NCBI RefSeq assembly: GCF_009914755.1
Contig: NC_060947.1
DNA length: 64,000 nucleotides
Source: the human T2T-CHM13v2.0 reference genome, Homo sapiens
Reading direction: 5' to 3' (one strand)
The position numbers and the translations under genes are program-made. Numbering within the stretch: position 1 is the first letter of the stretch; each line of letters begins with the position of its first letter. The notes below the pieces were generated by a model that did not search any database, was not told where the DNA came from, and worked only from the letters and a program-made list of their open reading frames with translations. Below, piece by piece: positions 25,689-37,306 of the stretch.

Positions 25689-27829
25689 GTATTTTCAAAT
25701 ATATTTTCCCTTGCTTAAATAAAAACTGAGTATCTGACCCCAGGAACCAAGCAGATTTGGAAAAAACAATTCTTTCAGCGTACTTTAGAGATGGACTTTG
25801 GGCATAAACAGTCATTTCAGAATATAACTTTGTAAAACTGTAAGACTTTATCAAAGGTACCAGAACACAGGTAATTTGCTACATAGTGCTGAAGTGAACC
25901 AGTTTGGTGGAAAGTTATAAAGAATGCAACTTCTTCCCATGGACAAGTACATATAATTGGGTTCCATGAATAGAACTTCAGTACCAAAGGCCCCAAGCAT
26001 CTGTAACATAAGCCAGCTTCTATCTAATAATGCAGCATAGTCACACTCAATAAAAGGTGTTTCTGAGATTTAAGAATCTTGAGAACTGTTACTATACATT
26101 TTTATGAATACTCACAAGAGAGATTCTGCCAGAAAATGTTTCTAGGAGAGAATTTAGCACATGATCGATGTTGGTTTGGCACAAGCTTTTGTAGGTTATC
26201 GCAAGTGTCTTTTACAGATGTTCCTCCTTTCTTTGTCTTTAAATTTGTATTTGGTTTTCAATGATTTAGGAAGAATTACATTAATTAGGTTATAACAATC
26301 ACAGTCAAGAGGCCACTCACTTTAAAAGCATCCATTTGATGCCAGTGGCACTTCAGGGGGGAAATGTTATTTATATTCTTAACCGACCGTCTTTTTGTTT
26401 CTGACAATTGAGCATTGCCTATCATTGCACTTTCAGGTGTTTTGGTTTTACCTCCAACAACCAGAACAACAGACGCCTACATTATAAGGCTTTACTCATT
26501 TTCCTTAATTGAAAAAATAGGACACTGTTTTAATCCAGTGAAACCATGAGGATTTTATCCCCTACAATGAGAAGCACACCTCAGAATCGCTATGCTAGTG
26601 GCTATGGAAGTGTGAACAAAATGCTGTTGCTTCTGACTTTGGAGTCGAATAACGAAGTGTCTACAAATGAAAACCATTGCTGTTTAAATACTTGGATAAC
26701 ATAAGCCTACTGCTGGCTCTAAAAACGTTAAGTGGATTCTATTCTTGGGGCAAGCAAACAGATAGGAGAGTGGTTAACCATCTGTGGACTGATGATTAGT
26801 ACAGTGTGATTTAGAACTAGCATGGGCATTCCTCTTGTTTGTGAGCCACAGTTTAAATCCAGTTTTGTTTCATTTCACTGACCTAAATGGCTACATCTTT
26901 TTCAGATAAAATTTCATCAAGTTTTAAAAGTGTCAGCTCAGAAAACATTCCTACAATGTACAAATGGAGACATATAAATGTTAAATACAGTATTTTTCTT
27001 TTTCTTGTATTAAATTAGGCACCTGAGGAGGCACATTAATATTTTTGGTCATTAGAAGACTATTTACACTGCAATAAAAAAGGGGGGAGGGAAGCAAGCA
27101 TCTTTGTTCATCCCAGTTTATTCAGCATCATAGGAAAAGTAACTGAGGCTTCCCACATGTGTGAATTTTAAAATGTGTAGTTATTAAAGTGTATTCATCC
27201 ATTTTGGCAGAAAAAATATGTATACAATATATAACCCATCTCCTTGCCCCTGCAGTAGAACCTGTAAACTTTATTTGCATGTTGGTCAATTCTATTTAAG
27301 CCTATAATACAGAGGTCATCCTCAAGGTAGACTGGGCTGCATACGACTATTTGCCTTTGTATTAATGGTCCTCAAATACCTTGTTTGTTGATTACTGGTT
27401 TTATTTTATGGTTTTCCTGTTTCCTGTTTCACTTTCAGTCTTGAGACTGCTATGTTCTTGCAGCTGATGGAAGCTGCAAGCCCCTGTGAGTTGCCAACAT
27501 TGTTTGTTTCACTATGTAACTGATATTGAATTTAATCGGGAATCTTGCAGCGTATCTGGGAACGTCACCACACCCATTTTTAGGAAATCTTTGGTTTAAA
27601 AGGTAGAAACCTTGCTTCCTCAATAAATCCCAAAGTAACAGTCAGAATTGGGACGTGAGAGGGTCTCACCAAGGTTCCTGTGCTGGCACGGAGAAGGCAG
27701 AGGGTTCCTGTGTTCTCCAAGCTGTGAACACCAGGAGGAGTGATTCCTCCAAGTTTGAAGGGTCATGAGGACATGACTTGCTTTTCTAAATACCCCTGGG
27801 TGGACCCAAGTCTGAATCCCAAGGCTACT

Positions 27830-28225
27830 GAGTCAATTAGCATTATGCAACAGGAAGACACAGATAGCAGCAGCTTGAACAAGTAAAAGTTCATCTGAAC
27901 TCATAAAGTCTGGAGGAGGCAGTATAGGGAAGATACGGTGGCCTCATTAACTCATCAAGGAGCCGGGCTTCTTCCGGGTCTCCACTCCACTGTATCCCAT
28001 GTGCTAAGAGGGGCTGTTGTAGCACTAACCTTCACATACACACTCAGCAAAGCAGAATAGAAAGAGAAAAAGCAGGAGGAGGCCATCCCTCCTAACCCTC
28101 TCACGCTACTATCCAGAAGTAACACTTGCTTTCACCCATTGACCAGAACTTAATCAGACAGCCACTCTGTTTGCAAGGGAGGCTATGAAATATTATGTGC
28201 ATATAGGGATTCCGTTACTAAAATT
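27830..28225 (-). mobile_element. Old MLT1 (J/K/L-like) LTR
   Basis: agcttgaacaag...aagtctggagg...cattgaccagaacttaatcagacagccac...tgcaagggaggctatgaaat. Confidence 0.55.
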
Positions 28226-28254
28226 TAGGGCAAAATTACTAGAAGCCTTTGCCA

Positions 28255-29002
28255 TGTGGGTCTCTGTAATGGCTTTCGTGAAGGGCGGAGGCACCAAGAA
28301 TTGATATGGGTTTCAGTCTGTCCTTGCAGGCTCCAGCCCCTGATCTCTCCCATGTCATGTTCCTCTTCCCTTCCTGAATTTCTGCCCTCTGGATGTCTAG
28401 CTTCAGCATCAAACACAAAAACAACATCAAAGCCTTACAGAGACTGCTCAACCAGCTCCACAAGTGTGCAAATCAGAGCTCTGTCATAAAGACCTCTAAC
28501 TGTATGTATAAGTATCTAATAACTGTGAATAGATATAAATAGGTAGATGTATATCTGATATTGATTAATCAATTTGTCTACCTCTAGGCATATATGCATA
28601 TATTTATGTGTACTATATTGGATAAGAAAATATATATGCTTGTGTCTGTGTGTGTTCATATGTGTGTGTGTATGTGATGTAGATATAGACTATATAGAAG
28701 ACATATAGATAGATTGATATGTCTTATATATATGAGATATATAAAATACTGATATCTATATATCATATATTTCTGTGAATCTATATATCTATATACCTGT
28801 AGATATGTAGATATATTTACATGATATATATACTCAATCAGTATACTATTGATATAAATAGCATATATATAATCATATCTATCTATCCATCTATCTATAT
28901 CTCCTGTAGATCTAGATTTAAATATAGATATAGGTATCAATACTGTATATTCAGTATTGATATTGTAGTGGTATGTTTCTATGGTGGAACCCTGACTGAT
29001 AA
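28255..29002 (+). mobile_element. MLT2E/F-like LTR with expanded internal TA-rich tract
   Basis: agagactgctcaaccagctccacaa... and 3' end tagtggtatgtttctatggtggaaccctgactgata. Confidence 0.6.
28500..28965. repeat. (TA)/(TAGA) low-complexity tract
   Basis: Direct reading. Confidence 0.85.
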
Positions 29003-29243
29003 ACTCTCCCTCTAACAGCTATCTGACACCCACTTTTTTTGTTACTATGTAAGTCCCAGAATGTAAGCTCTAGAAACTTAAGAGAACCTTGGGAAAATAG
29101 GATGAATGTACCCCCACTACCCTCCTGCACACAAAAAATTGAAGCTAACCCATTCTATCACCTCCATGAAATATAGGAATAAATATGAAATTAAATTATG
29201 TAAAATAATGGTGATTCAATTACCTACACCCTTGTGTTTGTGA

Positions 29244-29605
<362 letters not shown>

Positions 29606-31317
29606 TCGTGTCAAATCTTAGTAGCTCAGTAGAATAGTAAGGTAAGATCAATTCTTCACATCAATACTTAAATACTTCTCAGATTAAGGACTGTGTCTTA
29701 GAATTTGAGACCTCAAAAATACCTTGTAATAACTATTTCTAAAAGTCCCTAAATTGTCCAGGTTAAGTGTTGTTTTATAAAAATATGTGTTTGAAAGAAA
29801 AAAAAAGGGATTTCTAATCTTTTAAAATTTTCATACAGAAGAAAAGGTGAATTCAAGGTACATATGTTATCAGGTTTTTTAAAAAATTAAAAAATAAAAA
29901 TAATTTGTGTTTGAGGCAAAATAATGGATTGAGAAACAGTAAAATGTCTTAAAGAATCATTTACAAAATTAAGACTAAATTGAGGGAGCTTTAATGATTA
30001 TGGGGAATCACATAAAAGTTTTCAAAATGTACATGAAGCTTTGGAAATGATGTTTATTGAATTAAATTGACTATAGGAAAAGGAAACCTAGAGATAACAT
30101 TCTGGAAATATGTTCTGCAATTTCTGTATTTCATAAATGAATTAACTCTAAGGCAATTATGAGGAAGATGAGATAAATAGTATTTTTCCTCTCTTTATCT
30201 CTTTCATCCTTTTTTCCTTCTCTAAGTTATAGCACCTCAAGCAGAGCCTCTTAAAGACAAAGGCTTCCCAAATGCTGAAATACTTATAAAGTCTGATGGG
30301 TTTGTCTTCTGACGTTTGGGATTTCTTTTTATTTTGCTTTCTATAGAAAACTCAACAGTCCAAAGGCCAGAATAGGACGTCTTCTATCAAACTCTCAGGT
30401 TTTCCTGTCTTCCCTCAGTATCAAGGCATAGCTTTCACTAACATTTGCAAAAGACATCCATTTAACTAAGGCTGTTGATTACCCAAGTGTGGCAGTTGTC
30501 AGAAAATACTTACTACATAACACTAGAATCACTGGAAACCGAATTGGAGTTAAATAAGGTGGATTAACATAGCTAATGTGTTCAAAGAAACATAGAATTT
30601 TACTCTACTGCTTAGACACCAAATTTATCTGTGAATTTTGTAAATAGACTTAATTTTTTATAAAATGACCTAAACTCTATACATAGTATGTGAATAATGG
30701 GAGTTTGTTATTTAATATTTAAATGTCTACTATGAAGACAGCTTTTGGATGTTAGCCCCTTAAACACCCTAAATAGTCCCTTGTTAAAAGTAAAAATCTG
30801 AGTCTCAGACAAGTTTAGACACTTTCAAAGACCAAGTTGGATGCTTTATGAAGACAGGAAGGGATGTCAGCTAATCAGAGTGCGAGTAAACAAGTGAAAC
30901 TATGGCTAAGCTATTCCCGAGTGAGAACTCCCCATGAGAGGAAATTAAGGAATTCCCCTGCTTCTATGTGAAATGCTGCTATGTAGTGCACGGCACACCA
31001 GTATGCCATAAGATTTGTTAAAGCCCATTGTTGTGCTGGGGAATTGTGGGGCCACTTACATATGTGGCAGGGTAATTAGTAATAGCTAATTTATTACTGA
31101 TGCCAGTCAGTTAATCTGGGATTAATTCAGAACCATACATTTTAATTATTCTTTGTTAAAAGTGTATAGTTATGAGTAATAACTTGGGTTTTAATTTTCT
31201 ACCCCCTTTCTGCAAATAAAACCTGATGATTTGAACACAGATATCTTTCTTCAGTTTTCACATTATTATCCTGTCTTAATCAAGCTTAACTTGATTAAAT
31301 CAAGTATTATTTGAAAT

Positions 31318-31338
31318 ACACACACACACACACACACA
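31318..31338. repeat. (CA)n microsatellite
   Basis: Direct reading. Confidence 0.9.
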
Positions 31339-32789
31339 TATGTACACAATGCAATGGAAGATACTTAAATTGTATAGGCTGTGGTTTGTGATAATTCTAA
31401 TGATTTCATTTATGACTAAGTTGATGGTATTTCAGTGCAGAGGTCAGCACGCATCCCATTGTTGTTGAGTGTGTTTGGTCTATGTGTGTGTGTGTTTGTG
31501 TGTATGTTTCTGAGTTTCTCTTGAGTTTGCAGTCCAATATATGGATCCATGCTGCAAATGCATGAGCCCATTCTCTCCTTTGTCTGCTTTCTCCTGTCAA
31601 ACCTAAGAAGTCTCCAGGGTGGTTGTGAAGCCATTCACTGAGCGCCAGTCATGGGCCACTGCACCCATTGAGCCGGTTGCCTGCTCAGCAGGCACCACTC
31701 TGGCTCAGAATACGGGGTGACAGGTGTGTGGTTGAGCAGGCTTCCTCATTAGGTCCTGCAAGGACAGTGCCCCTTTATCGACAGCCCTTATCAGAGAGGG
31801 ATCAGTAAACAGGCAGATCCCGTGGCTGAGCTGGGCAGCATTAAAGGCTCCATTGGGAGAGGACCGATGACACCTGCCCTCTTCTACAAAGAGCTCTTCT
31901 TGCGAAGGTGACAAAAGGATTGCATTTCAGGGGAATGAAGGCCTATAGGGATGTCTTTCATCCCTCCCAAGCATTCTCTCCTGACACATTCAGCAGTTCT
32001 TGACTATTGAGAGGAAACCATTGAAAATCATGAAAGAGCAAAGGGCCCCAAGGCCTCCTTCTGTCCTGTCCTGCCTTTACTGATGAGACCTTCTAAGTTT
32101 CCACTGCTGACTCACTTGCAGTACCCATGTTCTCCTTAGGAGGCTGCATTGAGGAGAGGAAAAGTGGAAAAGGGTTAGTTCACAGCCCATTGAAGGAACA
32201 ATAAACCCATCCACAGACAACTAGATTGAGCCCTGCACATAATATGATACCTGCTCTAATTTGGTACACAGTGAGTACAGTCCCTTATCCCAAACTAGAA
32301 AGAGCAGAATCAGAAAGGGCGCAGGGCCAAGTCATAAGGTGAAAAGAATGTAATACACAGGTTAAAATGAATAAGTCTAACTAGATTGCCAAAAACAATC
32401 TGGACCACTTAAGCTTCTGCGTTTGATAATGATATATGGTTAATCTGGCAGTTTTGTCCACATATTGTGGCAAAATGTGCAATTCCTATAGTGAAGCTAA
32501 GTGAGATGGTTAACTTAATGACTGTCACTATTCAGAGGTGTCATTTATTAGCTTCTGAACTCTTAGATGTTGGAGAACACAATTTGCAAAACAAGATATT
32601 GAGTTGATGGATGAAAGTGAACCTGAAGAAAATAGTCTAGAAAGGCTATATTCATTTAGTTTCTTTTTACTTTTGATTTTCATAAGTTCTCATAGTTGAG
32701 GATGGAAAATTAAAAACACATGACATTGGTAACAATACACAGTTGTTGTACAGCACCAAAATATTGTAGCATACCAGCTGTAACAGCAG

Positions 32790-33185
32790 TATGAAGCCAG
32801 AGCTGCTTCAAGGAGTAGGGCTTTGATAGATTATTTTTCTTAGATTATTTTTCTTCTCACATAACAAGAACTCGGGATGTAGGTAGCCTGAGGCTGCTTT
32901 GCTGATCATGACTTAGGGCCTTAGAACTTTCCTACTCTGCCACTGGGAATTCTTGCATGATGACTCCTGTACCTCCGAGCTTAGGTATAAGATGTAGGCA
33001 GGTAGAAACTGGGTCTCAAGAAAAAAGACACACATCTGCAGGTCTGCCTTCATCTTCCTATGGCTACCCCCAGCTGCAAGGAAATCTGGGAAGCTGCATA
33101 TTTTAATTGGATACATTGTCATCCTCAACGTCATGGTTGTGAAATAAGGAGGAAGGGGAGGGTGGCTGTTGGGTGGCATACTAAA
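32790..33185 (-). mobile_element. Old MLT1 (K/L-like) LTR
   Basis: tctcacataacaagaactc...atggctacccccagctgcaaggaaatctgggaag...ggatacattgtcatcc. Confidence 0.55.
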
Positions 33186-34002
33186 TTCAAGTGCATTCAA
33201 GTACTATAGAGGGTAGTGCCATAGGATTTCAATAGGAGGACAGGAGAGTGTTCACCTAATCAGAAATGACACCCTCATGGAGGTGGAACTTAAAGGGCTT
33301 TGAAATATGTTTAGAGCTTCTGGAAACAAAACGATTTTTCAGAGCAGATGTAATGGGGACTAACGTGAGAGACAGGAAATTGCCTTATACCAAAGGCATG
33401 AGGCAACCTGTCTTCCCAGTATAAAAAGGAAGGATTGGCATTATAATGAGGAGAAAGCTGTCACTGGAATGGAAGGTACATTAAGGGAATCACAGGGAAA
33501 TTATAAGAGCCCTTGAAAGACAAGCAGAGGTTCAGGGCTGGAGAGAAGAGGAAATGAAATAAGTTCTCATTCAAGCTTCCGGCATGAGTAGGTGGGGTAA
33601 GGCGGCAGCATCTCTAGACACAGGAAAAATGAATAGTCTGTTCAGAAAAATTGGAAAGAATCAATCAAAGGGATATTAGAATATCTTGCACCTTACTAGA
33701 TAATAGAGCAAGTTTGTGCTCACGGAAGAAAAAGGAAATAGAACTATCAAAGATAGTCACACATTCTACGTTTCCTAGCAGCCCAGCAGAATTGTAGTGT
33801 GGCCAAGAATGTTGGAAAGAAGCAGCACATTTTTAGGAAAGAGGATGGTTCCATTTGCGATGCACTCAAGTAGACAGAGTCAAGCAGCCTAGGAACTGAG
33901 GATCTAGGAGCAGCACACAGGGGAGGCCTGAGGTCTGCAGGTATTTGGATGGGATTTATTACTATTATTATCATTGTAGGTTGTTTTCTGATTACCTAGA
34001 CA

Positions 34003-34220
34003 TTTTTATTTGTTTATTTGTGATACATAATGTACATATTTATGGGGTGTATGTGTTATTTTGATACATGCATAGAATGTGTAATAATCAAATCAGGGTA
34101 TTTAGGATATTCGTCACCTTGGAAATTTGTCATTTTTTAATGCTGCAAACATTTCAGATCTGCTCTTCTAGCTATTTTGACACACACAGTAGATTATTGT
34201 TACCTATACTTACCCTGCTA
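34003..34220 (-). mobile_element. LINE-1 3' tip, L1MA4/5-like
   Basis: gatacataatgtacatatttatggggt...aatcaaatcagggtatttaggatatt...tcttctagctattttga. Confidence 0.85.
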
Positions 34221-34399
34221 TGGAGGTTGCTGTCGCAGAAGGGACTGGATTTATTTGTAAAGGGATGAAGATGGAGAACCATAGAGAAAACCAGAAACAG
34301 AGCCTCATAGACACTCAGCATTAAGGAATAAGGTAGTGAGGAGAGAGAGCCATGATGCCAGGTCAGCAACACACAGCAAGAATGTGCTACCAGAGGTGC

Positions 34400-34763
34400 T
34401 GTCTTCGTCTGTTTTCACATTGCTGATAAAGACATACCCAAGACTGGGTAATTTATAAAGAAAACGAGGTTTAATGGACTCACAGTTCCATGTGGCTGGG
34501 GGCTGGGGAGGCTTCACAATCATGGCAGAAGGTGAAAGGCATGTCTTACATGGTGGCAGGCAAGAGAGAGCATGTGCCGGGGAACTCCCCTTTATAAAAC
34601 CATCAGCTCTTGTGAGACTTATTCACTATCATGAGAACAGAATGCGAAAAACCCGCCTCCATGATTCAATTACATTCCACTGGGTCCCTCCCATTACATG
34701 TGGGAACTGTGGGAGTTACAATTCAAGATAAGATTTGGATGGGGACACAGCCAAACCGTATCA
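34400..34763 (-). mobile_element. THE1 solo LTR (THE1C/D-like)
   Basis: ttttcacattgctgataaagacataccc...ggggacacagccaaaccgtatca; TSD ggtgc/gatgc. Confidence 0.92.
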
Positions 34764-35674
34764 GATGCCAAGAAAGCGAAAGCACAGGGTGGGCGGCCAA
34801 CAGAGCTGAAAGAGAATGAAGAGGAAATGGCAGGAACAGGCTGCTAGATCTGAGCATGGAGCTTATCCTCAGCCCTGGGGAACTGGTGCCAGTGGGTAAG
34901 AGATGGAGCCATGCTGCAGGCGTCTGAAGAGGGAGGTGTGGGAGGGAAGGAGAGGTAACAGGCTCAGGACAAGAAAACAGAAAACGTGCAGCCCAGCTGG
35001 GAGAAGTGGTAAGGCGGCAGTTCTTTTTGTTTTGCTTTTCCCTTAAGGCAAAGGTGATCTGAACACACCTGAAGACAGACAAAAAGACCTGCACAGAGAA
35101 ACTGAATAGACATTTAGAGAAATGTACAATTTCTCCACATTTCCTACCAGCCAGGCAGATGGGTGATGTTTTGCATGTATGAATTATAGTGCCAGCCCTA
35201 TGGAGCAGACAGTTCTTACTGCACTTTTTTAAAAAGTAAAGATGATTTTCCCCCTAAAGACAGGACACTATATATTTTTCAGAAATATGTTTTTGATATT
35301 AAAAAAATTCTTACTGAAGATTTTCATGGTTTTTCCTGTGTGCATAAATTAGGAGTAATACCTTGTAAACTAGAAATATGGCATCATTTAAAAATGTGAG
35401 CAATTCATGAATACGTATTTAAGCGAGGCAAAACTCACTGTGAGCATGCCCATTCCTTTTTACCCCCAGTTGCATGCATGAGTATCATAGTGCAATTAGT
35501 TTTCCCACTGAGAAATGCAATTCTTCATAGATACTGTCTAATGCCATGGAGGCAGGTCAGGAATGGGCAGTATTTGAGGGTGTTTAGCAGCACAAGCATG
35601 TCCAGCAGGGTGTATTTGTGTGAAGTGTTTCTACATACAGAGAACGAAGCAAGTACTTTATCATTTTCAGAAGC

Positions 35675-35895
35675 TTTATTTTTGCTTATTAGTTTTATTG
35701 AGACAGGGTCTTGCTCTGTTGGCCAGGGTAGAGTGTAGTGGTGTGATCACAGTTCATTGTAGCCTCAACTTCCTAGGCTCAGGTGACTCTCCCACCTCAG
35801 CCTCCTGAGTAGCTGGGACTGCAGGTGCATGCCACCATGCCCAGCTAACTTTTTGTATTTTTTGTAGAAATGGGGCTTTACCATGTTGCTCAGGC
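35675..35895 (-). mobile_element. AluJ, 5'-truncated at insertion
   Basis: Perfect 14-bp TSD tcattttcagaagc (35661-35674 / 35896-35909). Confidence 0.93.
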
Positions 35896-35944
35896 TCATT
35901 TTCAGAAGCATTGTGAAGGGAAAGGGAACATGTGAAATGGGAGA

Positions 35945-36736
35945 AGTTACCTTATCCCCTTTGCAGGGCGTGGGACAGAGGTGTAGCTTGCTTCTTCAGT
36001 GCCCCGACTCTCAAACCCCTTGGGAGAGCATGCAGACAGGCAGGTCCAGAGGTCATGGGGAGCATTTTTGGGCTCCGACCCCATGGCAGCATCTAGGGGT
36101 GAGTGTTTACAACTTCTGAAGCCCAAGTGGGTGTGTGTTACAGTGTGCTCTTTCAACATTGCCATCTGCAGGCGGCTTGTGTTAATCAACTCAATTAGAC
36201 CCCCTGCCTTATTGCAAGGGCAGAGGGCTTTCTCTGTCCTGGATTTTTGCCCTAGTGTACCGAAAAAAATTGGATCACTGGTGGGCTTGGAGGATGAGTG
36301 CAAGGTGTTATTGAGTGGTGGATGTGGCTCTCAGCAAGATGGATGGGGAGCCAGAAAGGGGATGGAGTGGGAAGGTGGTCTTCCCCTGGAGTCGAGCTGC
36401 CCATTAGCTGGACTCTCCCCTGACTGCCCCCAGCTGATTTCCCCTTGGCATCCATGTCCTTCCACCATCCCTGGCCTACCAGTGTCTGCTAGTGTGTTTT
36501 TCTGCTCCTCTCGATGTCCAGCTGCTTGTGTATGTGCCTGCTAAGGTCTCTTGGGTTTATATGGGTATAGGATGGGGGACATGGCGGGCCAGAGCGGTCT
36601 TGGAAAATGCCACATTTGGGCGTGAAAACTGGAGTACCTGTTCCCACTTAGGCCTGAGGGCACAGACCTGAGGATGGAGCCATCACCAGGGACACTGCCT
36701 TCTCTACCCAGCACTTCCCTGCCCCCTCCCATATTA
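35945..36736 (-). mobile_element. ERV1 solo LTR, LTR27/LTR28 (MER52 group)-like
   Basis: Reverse strand begins taatatgggagggggcagggaagtgctgggtagagaagg...ggctccatcctcagg...ttcacgcccaaatgtggcattttccaagacc. Confidence 0.75.
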
Positions 36737-37016
36737 GATGTACCCAAATATTCATGTTTTTAAATATTTTTAGCTCTTAAGCATGTATACTGTGGTTCAC
36801 CATTACCAATTAAATGGAAAAGAATAACTGAATCACTTAATTGTTCTGTTTAATTGGGGCCAAATCATACTTCTGGATTTTTTTTGTTGTTGAAGCATCC
36901 TTCATGTTGACTTTGCAAGCAGCATTTTTATTTCACAGAACTGTAACACATAAACTTGACTGTGAAGTGGCATCAAACCTAGATGAGAATATAAGATGTA
37001 TAGAGGTCTAGACTAG

Positions 37017-37054
37017 AACAAACAAACAAACAAACAAACAAGCAACAACAACAA
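37017..37054. repeat. (AAAC)n
   Basis: Direct reading. Confidence 0.85.
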
Positions 37055-37129
37055 ATCCCAAGCTCCAAGACTGTAATTCAAATGAAAACAAATAAAAGCT
37101 GAAGAGGATCTAAACTTCATCAGAAAAAA

Positions 37130-37306
37130 GAATCAGGACCTGAAACATACATTTGAGTTTCTGCTTCATCACTAAAGGAATTTAGATTTTAGGATTTCAT
37201 GTATCTTCTGGGGACCCTTAGTGCTTTTTATCTGTAAAATAATGAGCTGGAGGAGATGATCTATAAAATCACTTCGAAGCAGCCCTAGAATTATGTGATG
37301 CTATGA
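37130..37306 (+). mobile_element. MIR3/MIRc relic
   Basis: tttttatctgtaaaataatgagctggaggagatgatctataaaatcactt...ctagaattatgtgatgctatga. Confidence 0.5.

Noticed and set aside
35999-36544. 181-aa ORF
   Set aside because: Entirely within an ERV1 solo LTR; no gag/pol/env similarity
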